A DNA stretch of 63,790 nt, filler included, from Octopus bimaculoides (lineage: Eukaryota), in the NCBI RefSeq assembly GCF_001194135.2. It is 7 parts of 6 records of this genome, joined end to end, with 100 filler letters (N's around TTAATTAATTAA, not from the genome) between each part and the next. Parts side by side here need not be neighbours in the genome. Positions count along the whole stretch, not along the records: positions 33,541 to 48,788 come from NC_068982.1; positions 48,889 to 54,193 come from NC_068985.1; 5 more parts are not named here. One strand, given 5' to 3'. Positions 40,023 to 53,700 of this stretch are shown piece by piece. Both the position numbers and the translations under genes were made by a program. Below the pieces are notes generated by a model that had not been told where the DNA came from, made no database searches, and saw only the letters and a program-made list of their open reading frames with translations. Within the stretch, counting starts at the first letter, position 1. The number at the start of each line of letters is the position of its first letter.

Positions 40023-40549
40023 CTTACTGCTGTATTCTGCCAAATAACAAAATAGTCTTCAGATATATCCTTATGTTGACATAAATCAAAATCCACTCGA
40101 CACTCTGTCGAAAAACAACCGTTATATTCCTGTGTATTGCAAACCTAATAAATATTTGTAGAAAGCAAATAATTCCAAACCACCACCGCCACAGGATGAA
40201 TGTCCTCACCGTAGTAGGTTCGATTCTCACGAGGTGCCCTTTGTTACATATGGCTTTTAGTGATACCCTTTTTTTTGAGAAAGATATTNNNNNNNNNNNN
40301 NNNNNNNNNNNNNNNNNNNNNNNNNNNNNNNNNNNNNNNNNNNNNNNNNNNNNNNNNNNNNNNNNNNNNNNNNNNNNNNNNNNNNNNNNNNNNNNNNNNN
40401 NNNNNNNNNNNNNNNNNNNNNNNNNNNNNNNNNNNNNNNNNNNNNNNNNNNNNNNNNNNNNNNNNNNNNNNNNNNNNNNNNNNNNNNNNNNNNNNNNNNN
40501 NNNNNNNNNNNNNNNNNNNNNNNNNNNNNNNNNNNNNNNNNNNNNNNNN

Positions 40550-40563
40550 CTACCTATCTATCC

Positions 40564-40623
<60 letters not shown>

Positions 40624-40663
40624 CGATAGCTACATACGTAGTACGTACGTAGTACGTTCGTAC

Positions 40664-40733
<70 letters not shown>
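40550..40733 (+). repeat. (TCTA)n/(TCTG)n compound microsatellite
   Basis: Directly visible. Confidence 0.95.
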
Positions 40734-40735
<2 letters not shown>

Positions 40736-41364
40736 GTGTTCCAACGTCTACCTATCCATCTAGCTACCTATTTATTCGTGTATCTTTCTATCTGCTACTT
40801 ATCTATTTATTCATGTATCTATCTATTTATTTGTTCAACTTTTTATCGGTATGTCTATCTAATTTTGCTTCTTCTTTTCTCCTCCAGATAGATTTCGTTT
40901 CACTTAAGAAGATGTTTCCATTCCAGATTATTAATGATACAACCACAAAATCTAAATTGAAAGAAACGTAAAACTTTTCTCTTCTTTCTTTATTTATGTG
41001 TCTGCAATAGCAAATGGCTATATCAATTGAAAAACGATTATTTACTGCTACAAGACATACCTTGATTTCCAAAACTTCGATTGGTTTCTCTACACGAATT
41101 TTAGATCCGCTATATTCACTCCTTAGCCGTCTTAAGAATGCCTTGTAAACAAAAACCAACCATTATGTACTGAGACACTCACTTCTTTTTATTCTCTTCT
41201 CCATCGTTAATCTATAATTGTTAGTTGTTGTACCAAACATGGCTACGAGCTGAGAAGATATTCACTAACAATATATCCAGTTTTAATAAAAATGGCCGAA
41301 ACTTGCAAGTGTAATAAATCTGTCCCATCATTCAACAATTATGGCGCTGTCATGATATTATAGA

Positions 41365-41955
41365 AGGATGGAGAAGGGGAGGAAGAGAGGCGAGGGTGAG
41401 AGGGGAGAGAGAGAGAGAAAGAAGGAAGAAAGAGGGGAAGGAGATAGATATGGGGTAGAAGGAATGAAAGGTAGAAGGAATGAAAGAGAGATGTAGAGAG
41501 AACGAGAAAGAAATAGAGAAAGATAAAGAAATGGGTGAGATAGCTAGCGAAGGAGAGAGAGAAGTAGACAGAAAGAGATATGGGATGAGAGATAGGTGGA
41601 ATGTACCATGAAAAAGCAAGAGGGAGTGAGAGAATGAGAGTGAGAGAGAGTGAGAGAGAGAGTGGAGAGAGAGAGTGAGAGGGAGAATGAGAATGAGGTG
41701 AGAAGTAGACAGAACGAGAGAGAAGAAGAAATGGGTTCTAATGAGAAAGATAGAGTGTGTATGTATGTGTGTGTGTGTGTGTGAGAGAGAGAGGAAGACA
41801 GAGAAACAGAGACAGACAAATGACGCGAGCAACAGTTGAGAAGAGAGATAGTTAGAAAAGTGGAGAGAGAATGACAGAGAGAGAGAGACTGGGAGAAACA
41901 GAGACACAAATGAAGAGGAAAAAGAGACGAGAGAAAAGAAAACGAAAAGAAGAAA
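41365..41955 (+). repeat. About 600-bp polypurine (GA-rich) tract
   Basis: Mostly A/G on the plus strand. Confidence 0.9.
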
Positions 41956-42471
41956 CATGGCTGTTTGTTCGGATTAGTTTCAAAAGCAACAATTTGCAAA
42001 CATTGTACTCCTTAAGGAAACAATATTTCATCGTCTGTCAATGAGATTGTCCAATAGGAACATAAAGAGGAAAAGAGTTCAAATACATTAGATTCTTTTT
42101 AATATAGGCATGCCCTGAAATTTCCTTGCAAAGGACGGATGAGGAATGGAAATAAAACCAGGCTTGATAATACGGTTAGCAATGTTCAATAATGTAGCCT
42201 ATATAATTAGATACATAACATATATCAAATCTTGCAGCTTTCTTATATTGTATGGTGTTGTACATTTCTTTAGCATGTTCTCTCTATTGCATGAATATAG
42301 TTCTGAGGGTAATCATATTATTTGCCAAGATATTATATATAGACGCACTCAGATACAAGAGTGTATGTATGAATATGTGTGTGTGTGTGTGTGTATAAGT
42401 ACATACGCACACGCGCGCGCCCACACACACACATGTATACATATAACAGCAGGAAGATTAAGACATCAACA

Positions 42472-42524
<53 letters not shown>

Positions 42525-43269
42525 NNNNNNNNNNNNNNNNNNNNNNNNNNNNNNNNNNNNNNNNNNNNNNNNNNNNNNNNNNNNNNNNNNNNNNNNNNNN
42601 NNNNNNNNNNNNNNNNNNNNNNNNNNNNNNNNNNNNNNNNNNNNNNNNNNNNNNNNNNNNNNNNNNNNNNNNNNNNNNNNNNNNNNNNNNNNNNNNNNNN
42701 NNNNNNNNNNNNNNNNNNNNNNNNNNNNNNNNNNNNNNNNNNNNNNNNNNNNNNNNNNNNNNNNNNNNNNNNNNNNNNNNNNNNNNNNNNNNNNNNNNNN
42801 NNNNNNNNNNNNNNNNNNNNNNNNNNNNNNNNNNNNNNNNNNNNNNNNNNNNNNNNNNNNNNNNNNNNNNNNNNNNNNNNNNNNNNNNNNNNNNNNNNNN
42901 NNNNNNNNNNNNNNNNNNNNNNNNNNNNNNNNNNNNNNNNNNNNNNNNNNNNNNNNNNNNNNNNNNNNNNNNNNNNNNNNNNNNNNNNNNNNNNNNNNNN
43001 NNNNNNNNNNNNNNNNNNNNNNNNNNNNNNNNNNNNNNNNNNNNNNNNNAATTGTATTTATAATTTTCACCTTAAAAGGTATTTTTCATATGCTGGCCAC
43101 TGATAAAATTCTTTTAATGAAATTTTATCCTTATATTAAAAGTATATATATCCATTTCCAGTTAAGTTTATCTTCACCTTTTTGATGTGACTCTCTACTC
43201 TATACTGTTTTCTTCCTACATCCTTCTCTAATTCCTTTTTTCTCCCCCTACCTCCTTCATCGTTTTCTA

Positions 43270-43331
<62 letters not shown>

Positions 43332-43859
43332 ACATTCTCTCTCTCTCACATTCTCTCTCTCTCTCACACACACACTCTCTCTCTCTCTCTCTCTCTCCCC
43401 TCTTTCTTTTTTCTCTGTCTCGTTGCTCACACGTGACCATCATACATCTTTCTTTCTTCACGTGATCATCTTTCTTTTCCTGCACGGACGTTCAAAAGAA
43501 CAGACGTGTCTTTTTCTCTCTTTCTTCTATATTTTCTCTTTTCAGAAAAAAATGTTTCTCACAGCGTTCACTATTTTCCTCTCGTTCTGGTCTAATGACC
43601 CTCCATGTTTGTTTTCGTTCGTTTTCCTTGTATGCCTCCAGTGTCAAGTTTTTGTTCCCAACTTTGATCTTTCATAAATCCTAAATTTTATTTCCGAATT
43701 TATGGGACCAACTGTCTTTGAGCACTCATATTGTTGTTGAATGTTCGAAATGAGGAGTAGATAGCCAGCCGATAACTGATGAAGGATCCTTTCTCACTTG
43801 CACTGTTTTCCATGTTTTCTCGTTGTTTACGTTGGTGATGTCCTGTACCCATATATGCA

Positions 43860-43895
<36 letters not shown>

Positions 43896-45630
43896 NNNNN
43901 NNNNNNNNNNNNNNNNNNNNNNNNNNNNNNNNNNNNNNNNNNNNNNNNNNNNNNNNNNNNNNNNNNNNNNNNNNNNNNNNNNNNNNNNNNNNNNNNNNNN
44001 NNNNNNNNNNNNNNNNNNNNNNNNNNNNNNNNNNNNNNNNNNNNNNNNNNNNNNNNNNNNNNNNNNNNNNNNNNNNNNNNNNNNNNNNNNNNNNNNNNNN
44101 NNNNNNNNNNNNNNNNNNNNNNNNNNNNNNNNNNNNNNNNNNNNNNNNNNNNNNNNNNNNNNNNNNNNNNNNNNNNNNNNNNNNNNNNNNNNNTATATAT
44201 ACACCCATACATACATATATACACTCATACATATAGTCACGAAATTTGATCCTGTCTGGATATATATATATACGAGTGAAGGGACAAACGAAAGAACAAA
44301 GCACTACACATATTGAGTAGCAGTCACATATATTATTATTTAAAATGGTTTAATTCGGCTCCATGCAGTTAAAACTTTTGCAGGCCTCTTTACTTAGCTC
44401 GTTGAGACTTAGTTAATCGACCGAATGTACAGGAAGTCCGAAATGGCTACTGGACACTAGGCTGCTATTGGTCAAGGCGGGTCACATGGTGTTGCTAGAA
44501 GTGAGATCGGTATTTTAGCGACATTAGTGTCGTTGGACAAGAAGCTTGTGGAACCTTGGTGTCCTTTTGGCCTTTGGAGGAACTAATAAAAACATGGCCG
44601 TGTGTGGGCGCTTGCGTGTGCGAATATGTAGGTGTATGTGTCAGTTGTGGATATCAGCTGCGTGTATGTTATTGACCGTACGAATGTATGCGCGCGCAAG
44701 CGCGCGTGTATGTAAGTACATATATGCACACGCACATCCGCACACATGTAATACTGAAGTGATACATATAAATACTAATGATCTCTAATCCAGCTTGTTT
44801 GTTCACTCACTAAATGACAGCCATAACAATAACAAGAACAACGGTGTTTGATTCTGTCTTTAAATGGCTTGATAAATAGTTGTTCATTTATTTTATAATT
44901 TACACAAAAGACATAATATTATCTCCAAATTCGCTTCAAGTAGTATTGGGTGGACTAGATCTTTTCATTCATGCTGCAAAAGTGATGTGTTTTAGCAATG
45001 AAACCTGAACAATAAGAAATAGCGTATCATTCGTAATTAATTCTCTCTAATATCCTTAAGAAAGAAATACTTCAATATATATGACTCTACCAAATTAGAA
45101 AAGTTAAATTTAGATTAAACACACACACACAACGCACGAATACACACACACATTTTATATTCACGTGTTAAATATATACTGTGTAAATCTTAGTAACATA
45201 ATTAAAGTTAATTATTAGCCTGTGTACTGGGTTAAGTCAAATGCATTTGGAAAATTAACACCTATTGAATTAAAGTCTACATTTCTTTAATGTATGGCAT
45301 ATGAGTACTAAAATTTTCTGTCTGCCTTTATGTCTGCATACACACGCGCGCGCACACACACACACGCGTATATATAGTAATCTGTATCTCTTCTCTTTCG
45401 CTTTTCTCTCTCACCCTCTCGCACTCTGTATATATATATATATATNNNNNNNNNNNNNNNNNNNNNNNNNNNNNNNNNNNNNNNNNNNNNNNNNNNNNNN
45501 NNNNNNNNNNNNNNNNNNNNNNNNNNNNNNNNNNNNNNNNNNNNNNNNNNNNNNNNNNNNNNNNNNNNNNNNNNNNNNNNNNNNNNNNNNNNNNNNNNNN
45601 NNNNNNNNNNNNNNNNNNNNNNNNNNNNNN

Positions 45631-45687
<57 letters not shown>

Positions 45688-47282
45688 ATATATAACCACC
45701 AGCGTACAAGTGTATACATAGCTTCTCTATCATTTTTATTTTTAACTTTTTATGTCCATCCTACCATTATCAAACATACAAATAGCCCAATATTGCTGAA
45801 TAAATGGAATATCACATCAACATATGACTGAATAGTTCGAACACAGTTATTTGCTACAACCCCCCACACACTCACACATATACATACACATGTACACACG
45901 TGCACATACACAAACACGTACACTCATACATTTGTTCTTTGTTTATAACCTGTAATTGTATCTTTTATTTCCATTTTACCATTATCAAACTGAATATATC
46001 AGACTTAACGTCAATTTTCTTCTCCGTCATGTAAGCGTTTATTATCTCAAAAGTTAAACTTTTGTCTGTCACAAAGCTATAATTACAGAAAGATATATTT
46101 TAAAATTATATAATAAATACAGATTTAGATATTCTTAAAAAAATATAATTTTTGTTGCTGTAGACAATTCTAAGGGAATAAATCACCCCAAATATGTCCT
46201 AACAGACAAGGAACGAATTATGACCCCGACTAAAACTTTTACTCTGTGTATGCGTCAGCAAAAGTTGACATCACTGTTTCACACAATTGAAAAATAAAAT
46301 ATCTGTTCATGATTTTATTCTCCGTATGTTAGCAAAAGTTTCCCTGATTTACTATGGTGACCCAAGCAGGAGCGACGTTATCTACGACAGTTAGATGGAA
46401 GGTATTGTTTCTATACCAATTTTATTGCTTCTTTGTGTCAGCGAGATGAAGAGCTCCGTGTTGCTTTTGTGACAATATCTGTTTTGTTGTTGCTGAAGCC
46501 AAAGTATATTTGTAAATGTTTCGTTAGTTGCGTAGTGATGAAGGACAATGATCTAAATCTGTGCTATTGTTTAGAGAAAAGTTTACGATGGCACCGATGT
46601 ATCTTTCTAAATGTTTTGTAATTTTGATAGAGGGGTTTGGTGTGGTTTCACTTTATTTTATTTCCTAAATCTGAGAATTTGGCATTGTTGAAGCAGTTGT
46701 AATTGTAGATGCTCGTTATCAAAATGACTCTTTCAGGCTTTTAGTGCTAACAGATGAGGTGAGTATAATTCCTCTGGTGTTATGTGCATAAGGCGCATGA
46801 ATAAACATACACAGGGCCAATATACAGTCTTCTATGTGTGTTATGAATGTTGAAGGAGACCTTATCGAAATTTCCGCATCCATATGTCTTCCACCCGCAG
46901 TCTAGACATCTTATACTATATATACACCGAGTTATAAATAGATTTCGATAACATCCTTCAGCGGAGTCACGCCAATTTTTTCTCCACTTCAACACACAAT
47001 CAATGCACACATCAACGGAACATTATCACACCTTTTACTAATCCATTTATATTACTTTATATTTATCGAGACATTTATAATTTAAATTATTTGTATAACC
47101 GCAGATGGTGGCGTGTTAGTATAATAACTCCCTTAAGAGTTAAGTGTATTCGCGATATATACGAACAGTACCCTCTCTGCTAATTTCTCAAACTGTTTCA
47201 GGCACTGAACTTTTGAATTTCGGGATCTCCTTATTGGTTTCTGGTATCAATACAGGTAAGAGATCAATGTCATGGTGTAGAT

Positions 47283-47528
47283 CAGTGGTTCTCAACCGGG
47301 CTCCATGTGGCTCTTGGGGGTTCATATGAGATATTGTTGGTAAAATTAATGAGCAATAAAATTGGTTATACTTCTTCAATACATAATATATTAAAAAAAA
47401 TTTTAAATACAGTTCCTAATAATATTGAATTATAAAAATATAACAAGATTTTATTGAAACATCGAATAGCTATGGGGATCCAAAAGAGTAAAATAGGAAC
47501 CAAAGGTAAAAATGGTCGTGACCTACTG
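47283..47528. mobile_element. hAT-type MITE
   Basis: Left TIR cagtggttctcaacc, degenerate right TIR ggtcgtgacctactg; 8-bp TSD gtgtagat (47275-82) / ctgtagat (47529-36). Confidence 0.8.
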
Positions 47529-47917
47529 CTGTAGATGGAAGGTAAATAGTTGGCATTTTGAATTCCTGTCTGCTTGCAGTTTTGACGATAGATTTTCAAA
47601 GCATGCTTGAATAAGCGGGTTTGCTTGCTGTTACAGTGTGGTTATGTTACCTGCTATTGTTATTGTGACGTGTTAGATAATGTTACCTATTTGTTCGCTG
47701 TTGTTGTAGTAGTTGATAATTATTATTCATTACAGTGTTTTACTTCATCTGAGGTTAATTTTTTAAAACAAATATTTGACAATTTTTCTGTTTTCTTTAT
47801 GATTTATCAATTTTGTTGTTGATATTTCTTTGTATAGTTGCTTGTTACAATTTTTGGTTCTATTGTGCGTGTGGTGCAAGTGTTTGATGTTACCTCTGAT
47901 TTTAATTAGATTATCAG

Positions 47918-47957
<40 letters not shown>

Positions 47958-48888
47958 TATGTATGTATGTATACATGTATATATGTATATGTATATATAT
48001 ATATATCTATATCTGTTGGGGCCGGCCAGCTTAGAGCAGTTTCGAGTGTAACCGACCGAAACTGCCGAGAAAATCTGGAACTCGACTGAAGATAGAAAAC
48101 TCCGAATAACCCATCCTTTTTTGTATCGTCTCACTGTCCGGATGTTTTGTTGTCGCCTGTTACGTTCCTGTTCCGTTTTTGTTTTCTTTTTTATATATAC
48201 ATATAGCGGCATAGTACACTTTTGGTCTCTTATATGTAAGTACATATACATATATATCTAAATTCTGTACGACTCTATTATTCTTTCTTTCAGCCCCTTC
48301 ACACTTACTTCGTTCTTTCCACTTTTATTTTTCTCGTTCCCTCTTTCTCACATTTCTTGGCCTTCTCTTCATTCTCACCTTTCCTTCATTTCTACCTTCT
48401 CTCCTCTTTTACCTCACACTGTCCCTTTTCTTTTTTCTTTCTTTCTCGTTCCTCCCTAATTCTTCTATCCCTCTGCTCCTACCTCTCTCCTCTCTTTCCA
48501 CGTGACCGGTGTTCCACCAAATCTGACCTTTCTTTCTTGGTTCAGCTACCATCTGTGCAACATCTATATTCCTTTCCATGACTTTCATCTTATATGTCCT
48601 TGCCGTAAGGCTTCACTTCCACACACGCCAGCTTAATTTAATTCGTCCTTAGTCGAAAGGCACCTGTTGTTAATGTCATGTTGTTTGTATTTGTATTTGT
48701 GTACTATTTCTCCGTTTTTCGTCATTGTTTTCGTATATATTCGCTTGCTTTCTTCCAAGGAATCTAGTGCTCTTAGCTTAGATTTTCTNNNNNNNNNNNN
48801 NNNNNNNNNNNNNNNNNNNNNNNNNNNNNNNNTTAATTAATTAANNNNNNNNNNNNNNNNNNNNNNNNNNNNNNNNNNNNNNNNNNNN

Positions 48889-48953
<65 letters not shown>

Positions 48954-49370
48954 TGTATATATATGTAGACATATATACATATATACATACCTGTATATAT
49001 ATATACATACATGTATACATAATTAATTAATAAGATGAATTCTTTTATAAGAATTTATCAAGTAGCTAGCATGAAAAAAACCTCATAAGGGAAAAATCCA
49101 TCATTTGTTCCCCCAAATATATTTAATTATATAAGGGCATTACTATACATGAATGCCTCACGTTATGAGGGACTCTAAGGTCAAACTACCATAATAAACA
49201 CATTTTTACCGAACGCGAAGAAATGCAACTCTCAAAACTAGCCCCTTAAAAGCAGACTGAATTATAGATCATGATTTCGTAATTATTGCAGTATTATGCA
49301 ACTTATACTCGTCAGTATAATGTGGGAAACTGAACGAAGCCCGTCGAATATGTATGCGTGTGTGTTTGTT

Positions 49371-49424
<54 letters not shown>

Positions 49425-49626
49425 TTTGTATCTCTCTTTGTTCCCCACTGTCGATTGACATATGGTTTTGGTATGTTTACATCTCAGTGAATTAGCGGTT
49501 CGGCAAAAGTAACCGATAAAATAAGAGCATCGTTAAAATTTTTAATTACTGGAGTCGATTCATTCGACTAGAAAGACAATTCTTCAAAGCGCTGCCCCGG
49601 CATGGCCGCATTCTAATGACTGAAAC

Positions 49627-49785
49627 TCGTCTGTCTTTACGTTCTGAGTTCAAATTCCGCTGAGGTCGACTTTGCCTTTCATCCTTTCGGGGTCGATAAA
49701 TTAAGTACCAGTTGCGTACTGGCGTCGATGTAATCGACTGACCTCCTCCCCCAAAATGTCGGGCCTTGTGCCGAGAGCAGAAAAG
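49627..49785 (+). mobile_element. 5'-truncated SINE family C inserted in a family E element, 15-bp TSD
   Basis: Perfect TSD tctaatgactgaaac at 49612-26 and 49786-800. Confidence 0.9.
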
Positions 49786-50514
49786 TCTAATGACTGAAAC
49801 CAGCAAAAGATAACACACACACACACACATTGTGGGACAGAGGGAGGGGAGAGATAGACATGAAAAGAAATGAAGAAAGAAAGAGAGAGACATAGACAAG
49901 GCGGTACATATAGTAATAACCAAATGAAAGAAGAAAAAGATGATAAATATGAATAGAGAATTTAATGGAAACTGCGTCTTCAGATTCAAAGTTCATTTTC
50001 CATCAAACTCAGGTGGAATTTAAATTGGCAACATTCATAAAACAAGGATCATTATTGCTATGTTGGATACAGAGAATCCCTATGACTTCCAATAGGGAAG
50101 TCTTCCGGTGGAACCTAGAAAGGGTCAAATGTTGTGTTTACTTTGCTCTTCTTTAGTTGAATCGACTAATAAGTGCCGCTTAACCTTTTCTTAGGTCACA
50201 GGGTACCTGATCCAGAGGAGGTACCCAAGTGTTTCGGCAGTCTTCAAGAGAACTCTGGTCCAACCAACACCTGGTTATGAGTAATTAGATCATTTCTTTC
50301 AAAATAACCAGGATGTTACTTCAAAAAGGGGACTGAGGGGGAGATTTCACGGGGCCAATTAGCTGTAACTTGTTTATAATTGATTTCGTAGACTGAACAA
50401 TTTGTAGTGTATTCAACACCAAGGACACGGTTTCAAATACAAGCTGTTTTCTATGGATGTTTTGCAACACGATATCTGTGTTTTAAAGTACATAAGTCCA
50501 AACCTTATCAAGGC

Positions 50515-51066
50515 TGCGAGATGGTGGAATCGTTAACGCTTACTAGCAATTACTCTGCTTTTTTTTTTTAAAGTTCTGAGTTCAAATTCTGCCGAGGTCG
50601 ACATTGCCTTTCATATTTTTGGGGTCGATAAAATAAGTATCACTTGAACACTGAACACTGAAATTGCTGGCCTAGTTCCAAAATTCAAGATCACTATTAT
50701 TCTTTTGGATAAGGCGGCGAGCTGGCAGAATGGTTAGCATGCCGGGCAAAATGCTTGAGCGGTATTTCGCCTGTCTTTACGTTCTGAGTTCAAATGCCGC
50801 CGGGATCGACTTTGCCTTTCATCTTTTCGGGGTCGATAAATTAAGTACCAGTGAAACACCGGGGTTGATGTAATCGACTAACCCACTTCTCCCCAAATTT
50901 CAGGCCTTGTGCTTATAGTAGAAAGGATTATTAAGACGGTGAGCTGGCAAAATCGTTAGCACGCCGGACAAAATGCTTAGCGGTATTTTGTTTATCTTTA
51001 CGTTCTGAGTTCAAATTCCGACAAAGTCGACTTTGCCTTTCGTCCTTTTGGGGTCGATAAAATAAC
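50515..51066 (+). mobile_element. Three head-to-tail SINE family C copies
   Basis: Heads at about 50515, 50711 and 50933; each carries ttctgagttcaaat..gtcgac.ttgccttc..ggggtcgataa. Confidence 0.88.
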
Positions 51067-51383
51067 ACATACGCACATACACACGTACATACATATACGT
51101 AAGTACAGACACACACATACATACACATACACACACACAACCATACACAGAAACACTCAGTCGTACACACGTACACATACATATATACATACAGGCATAC
51201 ATACATGCATACATACATATACACTCACATACACACATACATACACACATACATACACACACGTACATACAAATACGCACGTACATACATACACATACAC
51301 ACACACACCCATACACAGAAACACTCAGACGTACACACACACATATATACATATATACATACATGCACGCATACATGCATACA

Positions 51384-51415
<32 letters not shown>

Positions 51416-52030
51416 CACCCACATACACACATACATACACACATACATACACACATACATACATACACACTCGTACATAGACATACGTACATACATACAT
51501 ACATACACACACACGTATAGTGGAAAATATAATCAGTAGTAAAAGCGTAATTAGTAAAGCATAATTAGAAAAAAAAAAAAGAAGAGGACCAGGATCATGG
51601 CTTGAATGATTTGAATGACGACCTGGGGCTAAACAACAAAAACAACAACAACGACAACACCAACACCAACAACATTAAGATCATAAAAACGAAAGAAGAA
51701 TAAAAATGGCTGCTTGTACGAATAGCGAGAAGTTTGTTGTGTTATGGCAGGAAATATGAAATGAAAGCAGAAACACAATGCATGCCATCTGCTCGGAATA
51801 TCCTTCCACCATAATATATCACCGTCGTTTTGGGGTTCTTTTTTTGTTTTTTTTTTGTGTGTTTTATAAATTTTTGGTATTTTTGTCTTTCTTCGAGATT
51901 CTCTCCTTGTAATTACTTTACACACTTAGGTCTATATCTCTCTCGTTTAACAGCGTCACGCACCCCCACCCCCACCGCCCGCCGTCACCGCCGTCGCCGC
52001 CGTCGCCAACACGCCCAACCCCTTGCCACT

Positions 52031-52170
52031 TTCTTCTTCTTCTTCTTCTTCTTCTTCTTCTTCTTCTTCTTCTTCTTCTTCTTCTTCTTCTTCTTCTTCT
52101 TCTTCTTCTTCTTCTTCTTCTTCGCCATAGTCCTCTGCTGCTGCTGCTGCTGTTGCTGCTGCTGTTGCTG

Positions 52171-52227
<57 letters not shown>

Positions 52228-52250
52228 TCTATCTATCTATCTATCTATTT
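52031..52250 (+). repeat. Compound microsatellite (TTC)n-(CTG)n-(CTA)n-(CTAT)n
   Basis: Directly visible. Confidence 0.95.
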
Positions 52251-52517
52251 GCCTATTTACCTGTACACCTCTGTCTGTCTGTATGTACGTGAGGGAGGGA
52301 GAGAAAGAGAGAGAATGAGAGAGATTCAGAGAGATAAAGAAAGAATGAAAAAGAAAGAGAGAGAGAGTAAGAGAAAGGGTAAGAGAGAGAGTGTGAAAGA
52401 GAGAGGGACTGGATGAGAGAGAGAGAGCGGTCGTTTGCTTCTGTTGAAAGCTTGACCATTCTTGTTAGATGTACTTTTTTCCATGTATGAGCATGCAAGT
52501 TTATGTGCATGTGTGTG

Positions 52518-52611
<94 letters not shown>

Positions 52612-52877
52612 TCACAAAAAGAAAAAAACAACAGACGAAGACAGGTGGTGTAGAAAACAAACAGATATATTAGTATAACGCTCGAGAATTGAAAAAGTCT
52701 TTAACGTTTCGAGCCCACGCTCTTCCACAGAAATAAACAAGGAGAGAAAAAATGTGTGTAGTGGTTACCGATCTATCATGCCGAATGTACATATAGCGAT
52801 CTATCATGGCGAATATATATATATATATATATACATATATGTATATGTATATACATATATTAAATAACCCTTTTACT

Positions 52878-53700
52878 CGCTACAATTGCATCTTCTGGGC
52901 ACCTAAGAATCCGCAAATTACAGAGGAATATAATATTCTCTGGAGTTAAGCTGTGCTCATAAAATATCTAGATAATGTTTAGTCCTTTACAGTTGATATT
53001 CTTTTCTCTGATGGATTACAAGTCAATTTTTTTCTCACACTTATATTTAATTTGATAACTTACTATTTTCAAAAATAATGTCTAAAGCGGGGCATAATTA
53101 GTAGTGATTAATTTCAATAATTTTCCTTTGGGACTGTATGGTGCGTAAACATATAAATAAATTATGAAAGGATTATTAGGACCTTTCGTTTTTGACAGCA
53201 CTATAACTGGTCCCATTTATTTGAACTTGCAGTGATAATCTGTCAAGCCAAAGATTAAGTAGGATGTTGAAGAATTTTATTTACATCCAGATAACGCATC
53301 CCACTTCTATTACAACAATATAAGCGCCTCCCTGGATGAGATTATACCAAGTAGGTGACCTCGACGAAGATATCCAGTACAGTAGAACACTTTCCGTGTT
53401 TCCTGATCTTCACACATTTGTCTTTTTTACGGGAATATTTAAAACAAAGTTTACGGTACAAAACGGACAGCAGTCAAAGACCCGAGGGCAGCCATTCAAC
53501 GAGAATGCGCAACAATAATGAATCAAATATTTCGCAGTGTTTGCCGTTCCAGTGATCAGCAGAGTCTGGGCGAGAACGGTCTTTAGTTTCAAAACACGAG
53601 GTAAGTCAAAAGGTTCAATGAAATTTTTAAAATGTATTTTAATAAATACCGTCTCTTTAATAATTTAAAGTGTGCATACTTGTTTCAGGGCACGGTGTAC
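52878..53700 (+). mobile_element. Tc1/mariner-superfamily transposase remnant with decayed right TIR
   Basis: RYNCIFWAPKNPQITEE, then GLLGPFVFDSTITGPIYL..EEFYLHPDNASHF..LDEIIPSR..NKVYGTK..RAAIQRECA. Right end gtgtgcatacttgtttcagggcacggtgta resembles a Tc1 TIR. Confidence 0.75.

Noticed and set aside
44460-44495. ATTGG, GGCGG and CACATG cluster resembling a promoter
   Set aside because: Short motifs are expected by chance, with no CpG island and no adjacent supported gene.
46333-46758. Putative first coding exon (ACTATGG.., MVTQAGATLSTTVRWK) and following exon (EFGIVEAVVIVDARYQNDSFRLLVLTDE)
   Set aside because: Splice phases cannot be made compatible with each other or with 47202, and the peptides are unrecognised.
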